Part shown: positions 17,094-30,200 of the stretch, piece by piece | How positions within the stretch are numbered: the first letter of the stretch is position 1 | How the letters are laid out: each line of letters opens with the position of its first letter | Assembly (NCBI GenBank): GCA_016930415.1 | Contig: JAFGGS010000016.1 | Span: 149,340-213,339, forward strand | Origin: Candidatus Woesearchaeota archaeon | GTDB lineage: Archaea; Nanobdellota; Nanobdellia; Woesearchaeales; SM23-78 | Direction of reading: 5' to 3' | Length of the DNA stretch: 64,000 nt | The notes under the pieces: model-generated | Database searches by the model: none | What the model was told of the DNA's origin: nothing | Seen by the model: only the letters and a program-made list of their open reading frames with translations | Position numbers and translations under genes: made by a program

Positions 17094-19350
17094 AAGCAGT
17101 TATCAAATTATCATAGTTAACATCAGGAGTATATTTGTCAAGGTAATCTTTATAAGCATTTTTGCCCATCAGCACAGTATCATGCCTTATCATAAATAAA
17201 ACTTTCTGCTTCAAGTCATCAATGTTTCCAGGCTCAAAGAATTTGCCCGAAACACCGTCTTTTATCACATATTTCATGTTTCCAATCCTTGATGCCAGCA
17301 CAGGAGTTCCTACAGAGAACGCTTCAATCATAGAGATACCGAAAGTCTCATTCCATTCTGATGAGAATATCATGAATTTGGCTTTCCTGATGCGCTTCAA
17401 ACATTCATCATTAGGCTTTGGACCTTTATAGATTATATTCTTATGGCCCATCAGCAAGGACTTTAATGGTCCAGCACCATATACTTCCAATGGAAAATCA
17501 ATGCCTTTCCACGCAGCCACGAGAGTATGGATTCCCTTCTCAACAGACAATCTGCCGACGTAGATTGCAAACTTACCCTTCTTAAATGTTGGTTCCAAAT
17601 CTCCTTCTGTGAAATTTGGCTTGACAACCAGCTTTTTCTCATCATAACCGGCCTGAATAAATTTATCCTTGACAATCTGAGAATTTGGAAGGAAACAATC
17701 AATTCTGTTCTTATAAGTCTTATCATGAAGCTTCAACATCAAGGCCACGAGGAATGTTAGGATCTTTGAATTCCTATAGCACTTGTATTTGACCCCAATA
17801 AACGGATTGTTATGTTCCAGGCAGAGCTCACAGATCTTATTGTTCCTGAAAAGATAGGCTTTTGGACATATCAATCTGAAGTTTGGAAGCCTCTGAATAG
17901 TAGGCACGCCCTTACAAGCAAAATAAGCAGAAGGACTGATAAGAGGGAAGGTATTGTGGAAGTAGACTATATCAGGCAACCTATATTTTATCAGTCTCCG
18001 GATGTCAAGGTAAGTCTTCACAGAGAACAACGTGTTGAAAGGAAACAAGAGTATCTGAATCCAGTTATACCTCTCAGTCTCCTTATTGTCCCGGGAGTAT
18101 ACTATAACCTCATGTCCTTTTCTCTCCAAAAGATCCTTCTCCATCAAAAACATGGAATCCTCACCACCCCTGCTCACATACTGGTCATGAATCAAGAGAA
18201 CCCTCTGCTTCCTGACCTTAGAATAAATATCCATCAAGAGCGCATAGTTCTTCTCAGCAGTGTACTTTTCCTTGTACTCGTTGAAAGCATTCACACCCAT
18301 CTGCCTGGCTTCCTTAGGATGAGCAATCATCCACTCAACCTTCCTGCGAAGATCATCAGGGTCACCAGGAGAGAACAGCAGCCCAGTTCTCTTGCCATCA
18401 ATTATGTGCTTCATATTTCCAATGTTAGACGATATCACTGGAGTCGCTACCGAAAATGCCTCCAAGATAGTTTTAGGAAAACCCTCGTAGCATTCAGAAG
18501 ATAAGACCAGAAACCTGGCTTTCTTTATCATATCTAAACACTCTTCAATCGGTTTTTGACCATGATAGATCACATTTGGCTTATTCTCAACCAATTTTTT
18601 CAGAGGACCATCTCCAAAAACATGAATAGGAAAATCTATCAACTCCCAGGATTTAACCAGCGTAGCAATACCTTTCTCTTCAGATAATCTCCCTAAATAA
18701 ACTCCAAAATCTTCCTTTTTTGAACCGTGAGGAATTGGCTTCACAATAAAATTAGGCTTGACAATAATTTTATCTGCGGAAAAACCCGCTTCGATAAATT
18801 TGTTCCTGTTAAAATCCGTTAGAGCAATATAGTGGTCAATAACATTCATGAAAGTCTTCTTATGGATTTTTAGCATCAAAGCCAAGATGAAAGTCAACAC
18901 CTTAGAATGTCTATAACAACCGTATTTAACAGCACAAAAAGAATTTTTCTTCTTCAAGCACAATTCACAGACCTTATTATCCCGCAAGAACATGGCTTGA
19001 GGACAAATCAACCTAAAATTATGAAGTGTCTGGACAATCTTCACCTTATTATCTTTACAAGCATAATAAGCTGAAGGGCTAATGAGCGGAAAGAAATTGT
19101 GAAAATGAGCAATATCTGGCGTCTCTTTCTTAATCAGATGATCTAATTCTTTGTAAGTTTTTCTGCAATAAAGGGTTCTAAACGGAAATAATAGTTTCTG
19201 AAAAAAGTTGTAATTATGAATTTCCTCATTATCCCTCATATAAGTTATTATCTGATGACCCTGCGACTCAAGAAGCCTCTTCTCATCCTCAAAAACAGAA
19301 TCCTCTCCGCCTTTGTGTTGGTACTTGTTATGAATTAGTAGGATTTTCAT
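17074..19350 (-). CDS. Fused tandem GT4-GT4 glycosyltransferase (two complete GT-B units in one 758-aa ORF)
   Basis: Each half begins M-KILLIH/RVLLIHDQY-GGED. Each contains a Cys4 insertion (CPQAMFLRDNKVCELCLKK...C and CPKAYLFRNNKICELCLEH...C). Each ends with a GT4 E-x7-E region (FLVLSSECYEGFPKTILEAFSVATPVI and FMIFSSEWNETFGISMIEAFSVGTPVL). Confidence 0.8.
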   Translation of the reverse strand: MKILLIHNKYQHKGGEDSVFEDEKRLLESQGHQIITYMRDNEEIHNYNFFQKLLFPFRTLYCRKTYKELDHLIKKETPDIAHFHNFFPLISPSAYYACKDNKVKIVQTLHNFRLICPQAMFLRDNKVCELCLKKKNSFCAVKYGCYRHSKVLTFILALMLKIHKKTFMNVIDHYIALTDFNRNKFIEAGFSADKIIVKPNFIVKPIPHGSKKEDFGVYLGRLSEEKGIATLVKSWELIDFPIHVFGDGPLKKLVENKPNVIYHGQKPIEECLDMIKKARFLVLSSECYEGFPKTILEAFSVATPVISSNIGNMKHIIDGKRTGLLFSPGDPDDLRRKVEWMIAHPKEARQMGVNAFNEYKEKYTAEKNYALLMDIYSKVRKQRVLLIHDQYVSRGGEDSMFLMEKDLLERKGHEVIVYSRDNKETERYNWIQILLFPFNTLFSVKTYLDIRRLIKYRLPDIVYFHNTFPLISPSAYFACKGVPTIQRLPNFRLICPKAYLFRNNKICELCLEHNNPFIGVKYKCYRNSKILTFLVALMLKLHDKTYKNRIDCFLPNSQIVKDKFIQAGYDEKKLVVKPNFTEGDLEPTFKKGKFAIYVGRLSVEKGIHTLVAAWKGIDFPLEVYGAGPLKSLLMGHKNIIYKGPKPNDECLKRIRKAKFMIFSSEWNETFGISMIEAFSVGTPVLASRIGNMKYVIKDGVSGKFFEPGNIDDLKQKVLFMIRHDTVLMGKNAYKDYLDKYTPDVNYDNLITAFENAKN

Positions 19351-19356
19351 TTCATA

Positions 19357-20406
19357 TCACTTTTCGAAACTTGATTTTTTAGGAAAAAGTTTATTCATCA
19401 AATTGTTAAATTGCACAATCGACTGTTCATTGAGTTTAATGGCTCTATCCTCTTGTATACAAAACATTTTCTGTTTTTTAAACTGGTCATATCTTCTAAG
19501 ATTCTCACCCAAATCATTCGACCAATAAAACATGTCTTTCTCAAATAAATTTACGACAAAAGCCGCCTTCTTCTGATAACATGCCATGTATGGCATTAAC
19601 TGGTTGTGGAGGAGATACATAAACTCCGACCTGAAATGACACCTTCTCGTCATCTCAAAAGCCTCCTTGTATCTTTTTTCGCATTCTCTCATCAGCGTTT
19701 TTGTCATTGGTTGAGGCCGATGAGGCGGAGTGAGTCTGAGCTCCTTTTTCTGAGTCTTATCAAGCAGAAGCTCAGTATTCCTGACAACTTTAGTGACTAG
19801 GTCAAAATCTATCGATAATGGACCTTTTTCGGCAATCTTTCTTCCCAAACGAGGCCTGATACCACCATCCGCAAAAAAGAAATCATCTGCATAAAAAGGT
19901 GCATTCACAAAATAATCATCATTTAGACACAAAAACTGCTCAGTCAAACCAGGAATCTCATGAACATATGACTCCATAGTGGGCGAGTTATACGATGGAA
20001 GATGTTTCTTATCTTTAAAAAGATCTTTATGAAAAACTATCTTCAGGCTGTTGTTCTTCAAGTTTAACCAATTGGGAATTTGTCCATCAGTCAGTATATG
20101 GATCTTATTCAAGTTCTTGAAATTCTTCTCAAGAGCACGTAAAGAGTACTTAAGCTCATTCATCGAGTTCTTAGTATAATCAAATTTATTCTTATAACCA
20201 AGCAAACTCATCCTGTGCCGTTCTCTAGTTCTCAACCAGGAAGGATCATTGAAGTCAGCCCAGAGATAAACTGCATCAATCTTGACATTTTTATCAGGAA
20301 TGCTTCGCTTAAAGAAAGAAGAGAGGGAGAATTTAATAGAGCAATATAAAAGAGACAGACAGTATCTAATTTTGTTTATAATTCTCATTAGCACATCACT
20401 TCTCAA
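19357..20406 (-). CDS. Stealth-family hexose-1-phosphoryltransferase (capsule phosphotransferase-like), copy 1
   Basis: CR1 IDAVYLWADFNDPSWLRTRE, CR2 MNELKYSLRALEKNFKNLNKIHILTDGQIPNWL, CR3 LCLNDDYFVNAPF. Confidence 0.65.
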   Translation of the reverse strand: MRSDVLMRIINKIRYCLSLLYCSIKFSLSSFFKRSIPDKNVKIDAVYLWADFNDPSWLRTRERHRMSLLGYKNKFDYTKNSMNELKYSLRALEKNFKNLNKIHILTDGQIPNWLNLKNNSLKIVFHKDLFKDKKHLPSYNSPTMESYVHEIPGLTEQFLCLNDDYFVNAPFYADDFFFADGGIRPRLGRKIAEKGPLSIDFDLVTKVVRNTELLLDKTQKKELRLTPPHRPQPMTKTLMRECEKRYKEAFEMTRRCHFRSEFMYLLHNQLMPYMACYQKKAAFVVNLFEKDMFYWSNDLGENLRRYDQFKKQKMFCIQEDRAIKLNEQSIVQFNNLMNKLFPKKSSFEK

Positions 20407-21436
20407 AACTCGATTTCTTAGGAAAAAGTTCGCTCATCAGTTGATTAAACTGTTTAATTGCTTTTACATTCAGATGAATTCCCCAATTCTCCTGTATACA
20501 AAAGGATCTCTGCTTCTTGAATTGGCCATATAATAATTTGTTCTTAGATAGGTCATTTGACCAATAGAACATGTCCTTCTCCATGAGATTTATAATAAAA
20601 GAAGTCTTTCCTTCATAATAATACAAATATGACAAAAGATGACTATGCAAAACATATCTCATCTCAGATCTAAAATGACCCTTACGCGTTACTTCAAACT
20701 CCTTAGGATACAAACATTCACATCTTCTCATAAAAGATTTCTTAAGAGGCTGAGGTCTGTGAGCCATAGTAAGTCGCGATTCGGGTTTAAAATCACGATC
20801 AAGAAGAAGATCTGAGTTCTTTATGGCAATAGTATGATGATCCGGATTCTCACCCAAATCGCCCTTTTCCGCAACCTTTCTTCCCAACCTCGGGCGAATC
20901 CCGTCCTTGATAAAGAAATCCTTAGCAGAACAAGGCGCATTCAAGAAAAAATCATCATTAAAATACAAAAAATCTTCTTTCAATCCAGGAATATTATGAA
21001 GATACGACTCAATGACCAAAGGATTGTACGATGGGAGATTCAACCTATCCTTGACAATATCTTTATGATCAACAATCTTTACCCGCGGATTCGAAACATC
21101 CAGCCATTCAGGAACTTGCTTATCTGTCACGATAAATATCCTGTTTAAGTCCTTGAAGTACATCTCCAACGCCCTAATCGAGAATTTTAGTTCATCCATA
21201 GGCTTCGGAAGGCGATGAATTTTGCTGTCAAATCCCAGATATCTCTTTCTATCACATTCTCTTTTCTTAAGCCAAGCTAAGTCAGTGAAATCAGCCCACA
21301 GATATACAACATCAATCTTTTCAGAAGGATTGACAAAAGGCTTCAAATTCACGAATGAAAATAAAATGAATTTTAGATAACAAAATAGGATTTTCAAATA
21401 TTGAAGAAAACAGTTAAGAGTGGTCTTAACGCGCAT
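20396..21436 (-). CDS. Stealth-family hexose-1-phosphoryltransferase, copy 2 (tandem paralog)
   Basis: CR1 IDVVYLWADFTDLAWLKKRE, CR2 MDELKFSIRALEMYFKDLNRIFIVTDKQVPEWL, CR3 LYFNDDFFLNAPC. Shares a conserved C-terminal LFPKKSSFEK with copy 1. Confidence 0.65.
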   Translation of the reverse strand: MRVKTTLNCFLQYLKILFCYLKFILFSFVNLKPFVNPSEKIDVVYLWADFTDLAWLKKRECDRKRYLGFDSKIHRLPKPMDELKFSIRALEMYFKDLNRIFIVTDKQVPEWLDVSNPRVKIVDHKDIVKDRLNLPSYNPLVIESYLHNIPGLKEDFLYFNDDFFLNAPCSAKDFFIKDGIRPRLGRKVAEKGDLGENPDHHTIAIKNSDLLLDRDFKPESRLTMAHRPQPLKKSFMRRCECLYPKEFEVTRKGHFRSEMRYVLHSHLLSYLYYYEGKTSFIINLMEKDMFYWSNDLSKNKLLYGQFKKQRSFCIQENWGIHLNVKAIKQFNQLMSELFPKKSSFEK

Positions 21437-22634
21437 CTTTTTTCACCCCGACAGATGATTTGGAGAGGTTTACCAATCCCGACAGATGAATCAAGAGGTA
21501 TAATTGGAAAGTCGAATAACAAAACGAGGCAGACATAAGACCATCAACGAAAATCACTATAAAAATAATCACCAAAAATGGTTTCAATTTACCATGCAAC
21601 CGCATAAGATCTTTTAAAAGATGGAATAGAAATTTCAACCAAATAAAAAGACCAATCAAACCCGCAGTTAGCAGTATTTCTAAGAACACATTGTGACTGT
21701 GCTTCACATAATCAGTCACAATTAATCTCGAACCTTTGAATCCGTAACCATAAACTGGACTCTTGGCAATGAAAGATAATGATGACAACCAAACTTCAGT
21801 TCTGCCTGTTAGCTCACCCAACGAATCAACAGATTCATCCCTTAGAACAAAATTTGAGATAGTATGAAGATCAGTATTTAAGGCAGACACGAATAACAAT
21901 AGCAACATCAAAACTCCAAATCCAGAAACGCCAACAGAAAATGCGCCCGCAATAATTGATTTTTTCTTCAGCAATAAGTAGAGAAAAGCCACAATAAATG
22001 CAAAATACATCGTTCTAGAATTCGTTAATATTAACCCCACAAAAGAAACAAAGGCCACGGGAAGGTATACAACTCTCTTTTCGTAAGAGAAGAACACTAT
22101 TGAAAACAAGCAAACAATTGCACAAAACATGGCCAAAAGATTCGGGTTTATGGCAAAATATCCCCCATCAAGCCTAGATGAAAAACTCAAATTTGCAAGG
22201 TTTGTTATGAGAGCGACAAAAATCAACAAGGAAAAAATGAAGTAGATAAAAACAACATTTTTCATACCATGTGAAAAATCATTGATTGAATAGAGAACAG
22301 CACCAAACAAAACAACAGCAAGAAATTCAAATATGTAGAAATAATTTACTAAAGGAAGGGCAAAAAATGTATTGACAATAATACCGATGAATGCATAAAT
22401 CCAGAAGAGATGAAATCCCATTTTAAAAGAAGTGGTAAGGAATTTTCTTGGCCTCATGATAATAAAGGACAAAGAGACCGCAAAGAGAATAAGCAAACCC
22501 ACCACATTAGGATCCGAAAATATCTGTACGAGTCCATACGACGATGGATCCCGATCTCCACTCAAAATGGATCTTCCTAGAAGTGGAACTAGAAATAAAA
22601 CAGACAAGACATAAAATTTCAAATTCTTATTCAT
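21426..22634 (-). CDS. Wzy/O-antigen-ligase-like polysaccharide polymerase (multi-TM)
   Basis: About 10 TM helices. Wzy_C-type motifs LTNSRTMYF and HNVFLEILLTAGLIGLFIW. Confidence 0.6.
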   Translation of the reverse strand: MNKNLKFYVLSVLFLVPLLGRSILSGDRDPSSYGLVQIFSDPNVVGLLILFAVSLSFIIMRPRKFLTTSFKMGFHLFWIYAFIGIIVNTFFALPLVNYFYIFEFLAVVLFGAVLYSINDFSHGMKNVVFIYFIFSLLIFVALITNLANLSFSSRLDGGYFAINPNLLAMFCAIVCLFSIVFFSYEKRVVYLPVAFVSFVGLILTNSRTMYFAFIVAFLYLLLKKKSIIAGAFSVGVSGFGVLMLLLLFVSALNTDLHTISNFVLRDESVDSLGELTGRTEVWLSSLSFIAKSPVYGYGFKGSRLIVTDYVKHSHNVFLEILLTAGLIGLFIWLKFLFHLLKDLMRLHGKLKPFLVIIFIVIFVDGLMSASFCYSTFQLYLLIHLSGLVNLSKSSVGVKKDAR

Positions 22635-23729
22635 TTTTATCAGCTACAATATGAATAAACATCTCGTTCAACTTTCTCACAGACGTATCTGTTAACTCTT
22701 GTTTTATTATTTCAATTGATCGCTTCCCACAGGAGAATAGCTTCCTTTTGTCAGCCAAAAATCTTCTAATCTTATTAGCAGAACCACCAACATCATCTGG
22801 ATTTATCACGATGCCATTCTCTTTCACTAAGTCTTCAGCACAACCCGCATATTTTGAGCAGATTACTGGAAGGCCATATGCCAAGGCTTCAGACACCACC
22901 AAACCAAAAGTATCCTGTCTAGTGAAAAAGATGAAGACACTCGCATCTTTATATATCTTATCTAGGTTTTGGGTAAATGATACAAAGGTTATGCCATCCC
23001 TCCCATTGTAGGACATCATCTCATCCACGAATTTCTTGTCAGAGTCTGGTTCTCCAACCAGCGTCAATGAGATGTTCTTAATATTCTTTCTTACCAAGAG
23101 ATATGTCTCAATGAGTTTATCGATGCCTTTTTGGCGTGAAATTCTGCCAACGTAGAGCAGGTTAATTTTCCGCGCTTCAGAATATTTTTTTTTAGATACT
23201 TTAGTAACACAAAGAGAATCAATAGTTAATAGATTCACATAGATCTTTTTTACGCCAATTGACTCGTAATATCTCCTAGTCTCACTCGAGGGAGCCCAGG
23301 CAGCCGCAGCAATTTTCGCCATGCACCTACGTATAAGCTTCTGGAAAAAGTTGCGTTTTGATTCTGATTGCCTAGTAAGCTCTCCCCATAGCACAATCTT
23401 CTTTCTAAAAAGATATGCCCAGACGAATATCTGCAGAAAAGTAAGTCCATATCCTCCACAAACTACAATGTCAGGATTGTAAGTAGATAATCTTGGGATG
23501 GCGTTCCATGAAATCCAAGACCTCTTAAACATTTTAAGAATAAGAGTGTTGAGAGTTTCATAATCAAATTTAATGGAGCTCTTATCGATCGACCAATGAC
23601 GAAAAGCACTCCCCTCCCTCTCAAAGAAAACCTTGAAGTCCACAACCTTGCTTCCCTCCAACTTATTGAAGAGACCAACCCTATAGGGCGCAATAATGTT
23701 AGTTATAAATGCGACTTTTATTTTCTTTC

Positions 23730-23745
<16 letters not shown>
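22627..23745 (-). CDS. GT4 glycosyltransferase
   Basis: LLYVGRISRQKGIDKL...FTRQDTFGLVVSEALAYGLPVICSKYAG is the GT4 signature. Confidence 0.75.
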
Positions 23746-26993
<3,248 letters not shown>

Positions 26994-27252
26994 TATGAAA
27001 CAACCTCCTTTGTTTGAAAAATCAGGCCGATAATCTTGTTTCTGGCTTGTTTTTCTTCATATCCCCCAGGATATCCTATATGTTCCCTTGTGAAAAAGCC
27101 ATCATTTATAAAGATTACTATTAAGTGGTAACTACTTTAGCCCTTTCTGCCTTATTTGAGCGCTAAAGCCAAAGACTTAGTGAAAAAGCCAATCCTAAAA
27201 GAAAAAGAGCCTGAAAAAGAGTTTAAAACAGGTTTTTGGCCTTCTTTAGCCC

Positions 27253-30200
27253 TTATCTCCACTTCTTGACCGCGAAGTAGCCTATAACAAGCGCGACTAC
27301 GAGTCCCAGGGCTGCCACGAACCACAAGTAGCTTACAGAGCCAGTCTCCTGGGCTCCGATCGCCTGTCCTGTGACCGATTCAAGGCCAGAAGCCTCTGCC
27401 AGGTCCCGTGGGTCTATGCTGTTCTCAAGGCTTGAATCCTTATCCTGGGTGAGAGAACTCACCAAGTCGACGTAGGTTGAGTTGTCCTCTACCGAAGCAT
27501 TGCATGGCCTAGTCTCCTTCCTGCTCTCGTTCTCGTAGAGGCAAGTCCTGTACTCCTCGCTGTTTATGCAAATAGACCAGTCGGTGCACACCAGCTGGGT
27601 TGAACAGTCAGTCGCTGCCGAGCAGTTATCTTCGCTGGTGGAAGCGGCGCTGTATGAACTCAGGAAGCTACCGCCGCCCCCTCCTCCACCGCCGCCTGAA
27701 GACGAGACAGTGCAGGCCCCACAGTCAACTGCGCATGAAGAGCAAGTCTCGCCTGCCTCGCACACGAGGTCTCCGCAGTCAGTGACTGGAATGACGCTCA
27801 AAGTAACCATGTTCGTCTGGGCAGACCTGTTGCCGCTCGAAGCAGTGAAGTAGAGGGTCTCGAATCCGTACCAGTTAGCTGGCGCAGACACGTTCACAAG
27901 GCCATCCTCTCCAATGCCGATCACCAGGACCGATTGGTTCCTGACAACGCTGTAATTCAAGGTCGAATTGAGCGGGTCATCGAAGCAGGATGAGAGGTCG
28001 TAAGCCCCCACAAGGGAGGTGTCCTCGTTCCATGACTTGTTAGGCAGGTCGCATCCGGTTATGTTACAGTCGCAGTCAGACTCACAGCTTCCGCAATCCT
28101 CGCCGGCATCGCACACTCCGTCGCCGCAGTAAGGAAGAGCCACGCAAGTCCCCCAGCCGCACTCTGAAGTGCAGGTCCTGACACCGTCATGGCCTCCAAA
28201 GTCAACGCAGGACTGGGTCATGTTAGGCTCGCAAGACTCGTTGCCGTTCACGATGCCGTCTCCGCAGAACTCCAAGACAGTGTGTTCGCAAGTACAACCA
28301 GAGAGGCAAGTGTCGAGCGTCGATGTGTTGCTATCGTCGCAGTCAGCATCTATAACGCACTCTGCAGAGCAGTTGAGGTCGCATGAATGAGTCATCGTGT
28401 CGTTGCTCTCGCTACAAGTCCCAGTAGGTTCCTGGCACTCTGAGGTGAAAGGCGCAAGGTAGTCGAACGTGAACGGGTTGTCGTCAGGGCTGTTATCGCA
28501 GGTATTGATCCCGAAGACGTCGTAAGCAGAGCAGTCGACAGGAGTGCCAGGGGCGCAATCACCCAAGACGCAGGTCTCAAGGCCATCGCACGCCAAACCA
28601 TTATCACAGTCAGCATCGAAAGTGCAGTTCACGTCAGGACAGACTCCACAGTCAGCCTCGCAAGATGAACAGTTCTCATCCGCGCCGCAGACCCCATCAC
28701 CACAGGATGAAAGCGGCTCAAAGCTGCAAGAGCAGCCAAGGCAGGAATCAGCAGTGCTCTCGTTGCCGTCGTCGCAGTCAAGGTCCGAGACGCACGCTGC
28801 GCCGCAGATGCCGACGTCGCAGGTGTGCGTGATGTTCTCATCACCCACAGTGCACTCGCCAGAAGGCTCTTCGCACACAGAAGTGAATGCAGCCCTGTAG
28901 TCGAGCGTGAACGGATTGTCATCAGGCGAATAAGTACAGCTCTCGACATCAATTATGTCGTAAGCAGAGCAATCGACAGGAGTGCCAGGGGCGCAAGCGC
29001 CTAGGCTGCAGGTCTCAAGGCCATCGCACGCCAAACCATTATCACAGTCAGCATCGAAAGTGCAATTCACATCCGAACAGACCCCGCAATCAGTCTCACA
29101 AGACGAACAATTCTCATCGCCATTGCAGACCCCATCGCCGCAGAAAGGCAAGGCAGGGCACTCACCGCAATCCGCAGAGCAGGACGAACAATTCTCGTCA
29201 AGGTCGCAGACACCATCTCCACAGAACCATAAAGGCTCATGCAAACAGACACATCCAACACAAGCGTCGCTAGTTGAGGTCAGATTATCATCACAATCAA
29301 TGTCAGCCTCACATGTAGCAGAACAGTTTTCAATGCTACATACGTGATAGATGGTATCATCGCCGACGGTGCACTCGCCGGAAGGCTCTTCACATACAGA
29401 AGTGAATGCAGCCCTGTAATCCCACGTGAATGGATTAGTATCCTCAGGGATGTTCCTGCAGTCAGCAATCTCGAATATGTCGAAAGCGCTGCAGTCAACA
29501 TCTTCACCTGCTATGCAAGAGCCAAGATCGCAGCTCTCCAAGCCGTTGCAGGCCAAGCCGTCATCGCAATCCAAGACAACGGCGGACTCGTTCCAGACGC
29601 AAGCCCCTGCCAAGCAGACGTAATCATCATGATAGACAGAGGATCCGACGCAATAGTCATTATCGAAAGGATCGCAATCAGAGTCCTGGAAGCAAGCGCA
29701 ATCCTCATCGATAAATCCATCGCAGTCATCGTCGACCATGTTGAAGCAGGTCTCGTTCATTCCAGGGTTGACCAGGAAGGCATCATCATCGCAGTCGCCA
29801 TCCTGGGCGACATAACCAGCGGTCAAGCTGCAAGTCAGCAGCAACTCGCTGGAGTTCCCGAAGGAGTCATTGTCGAAGTCCAGGAACAACGACAAGAGCA
29901 GGCCTTCATCCACGAGCCCGTTGCAGTCATTATCCAATCCATCACAGAGAGTCTCGTTGGACTCGTAGGATGAGACATTCGAATAATCATCAGTCCAGTT
30001 CCCTGCAATGCATGATTGGGTGCTATTCACACAGACCCCGAGCTGCAGGAAGTTGAAAGGCGCAACCTCGCCAGAGCCATCAAGAGTGAGGTCAGAGCAA
30101 TCATTATCTACGCCATCGCAAGTCTCGGTGGCGTTTGGATTGATAAGATAATCCAGATCATTACAGTCCACAGGGCCGCAGAGATCGCCATCAGGAGAGA

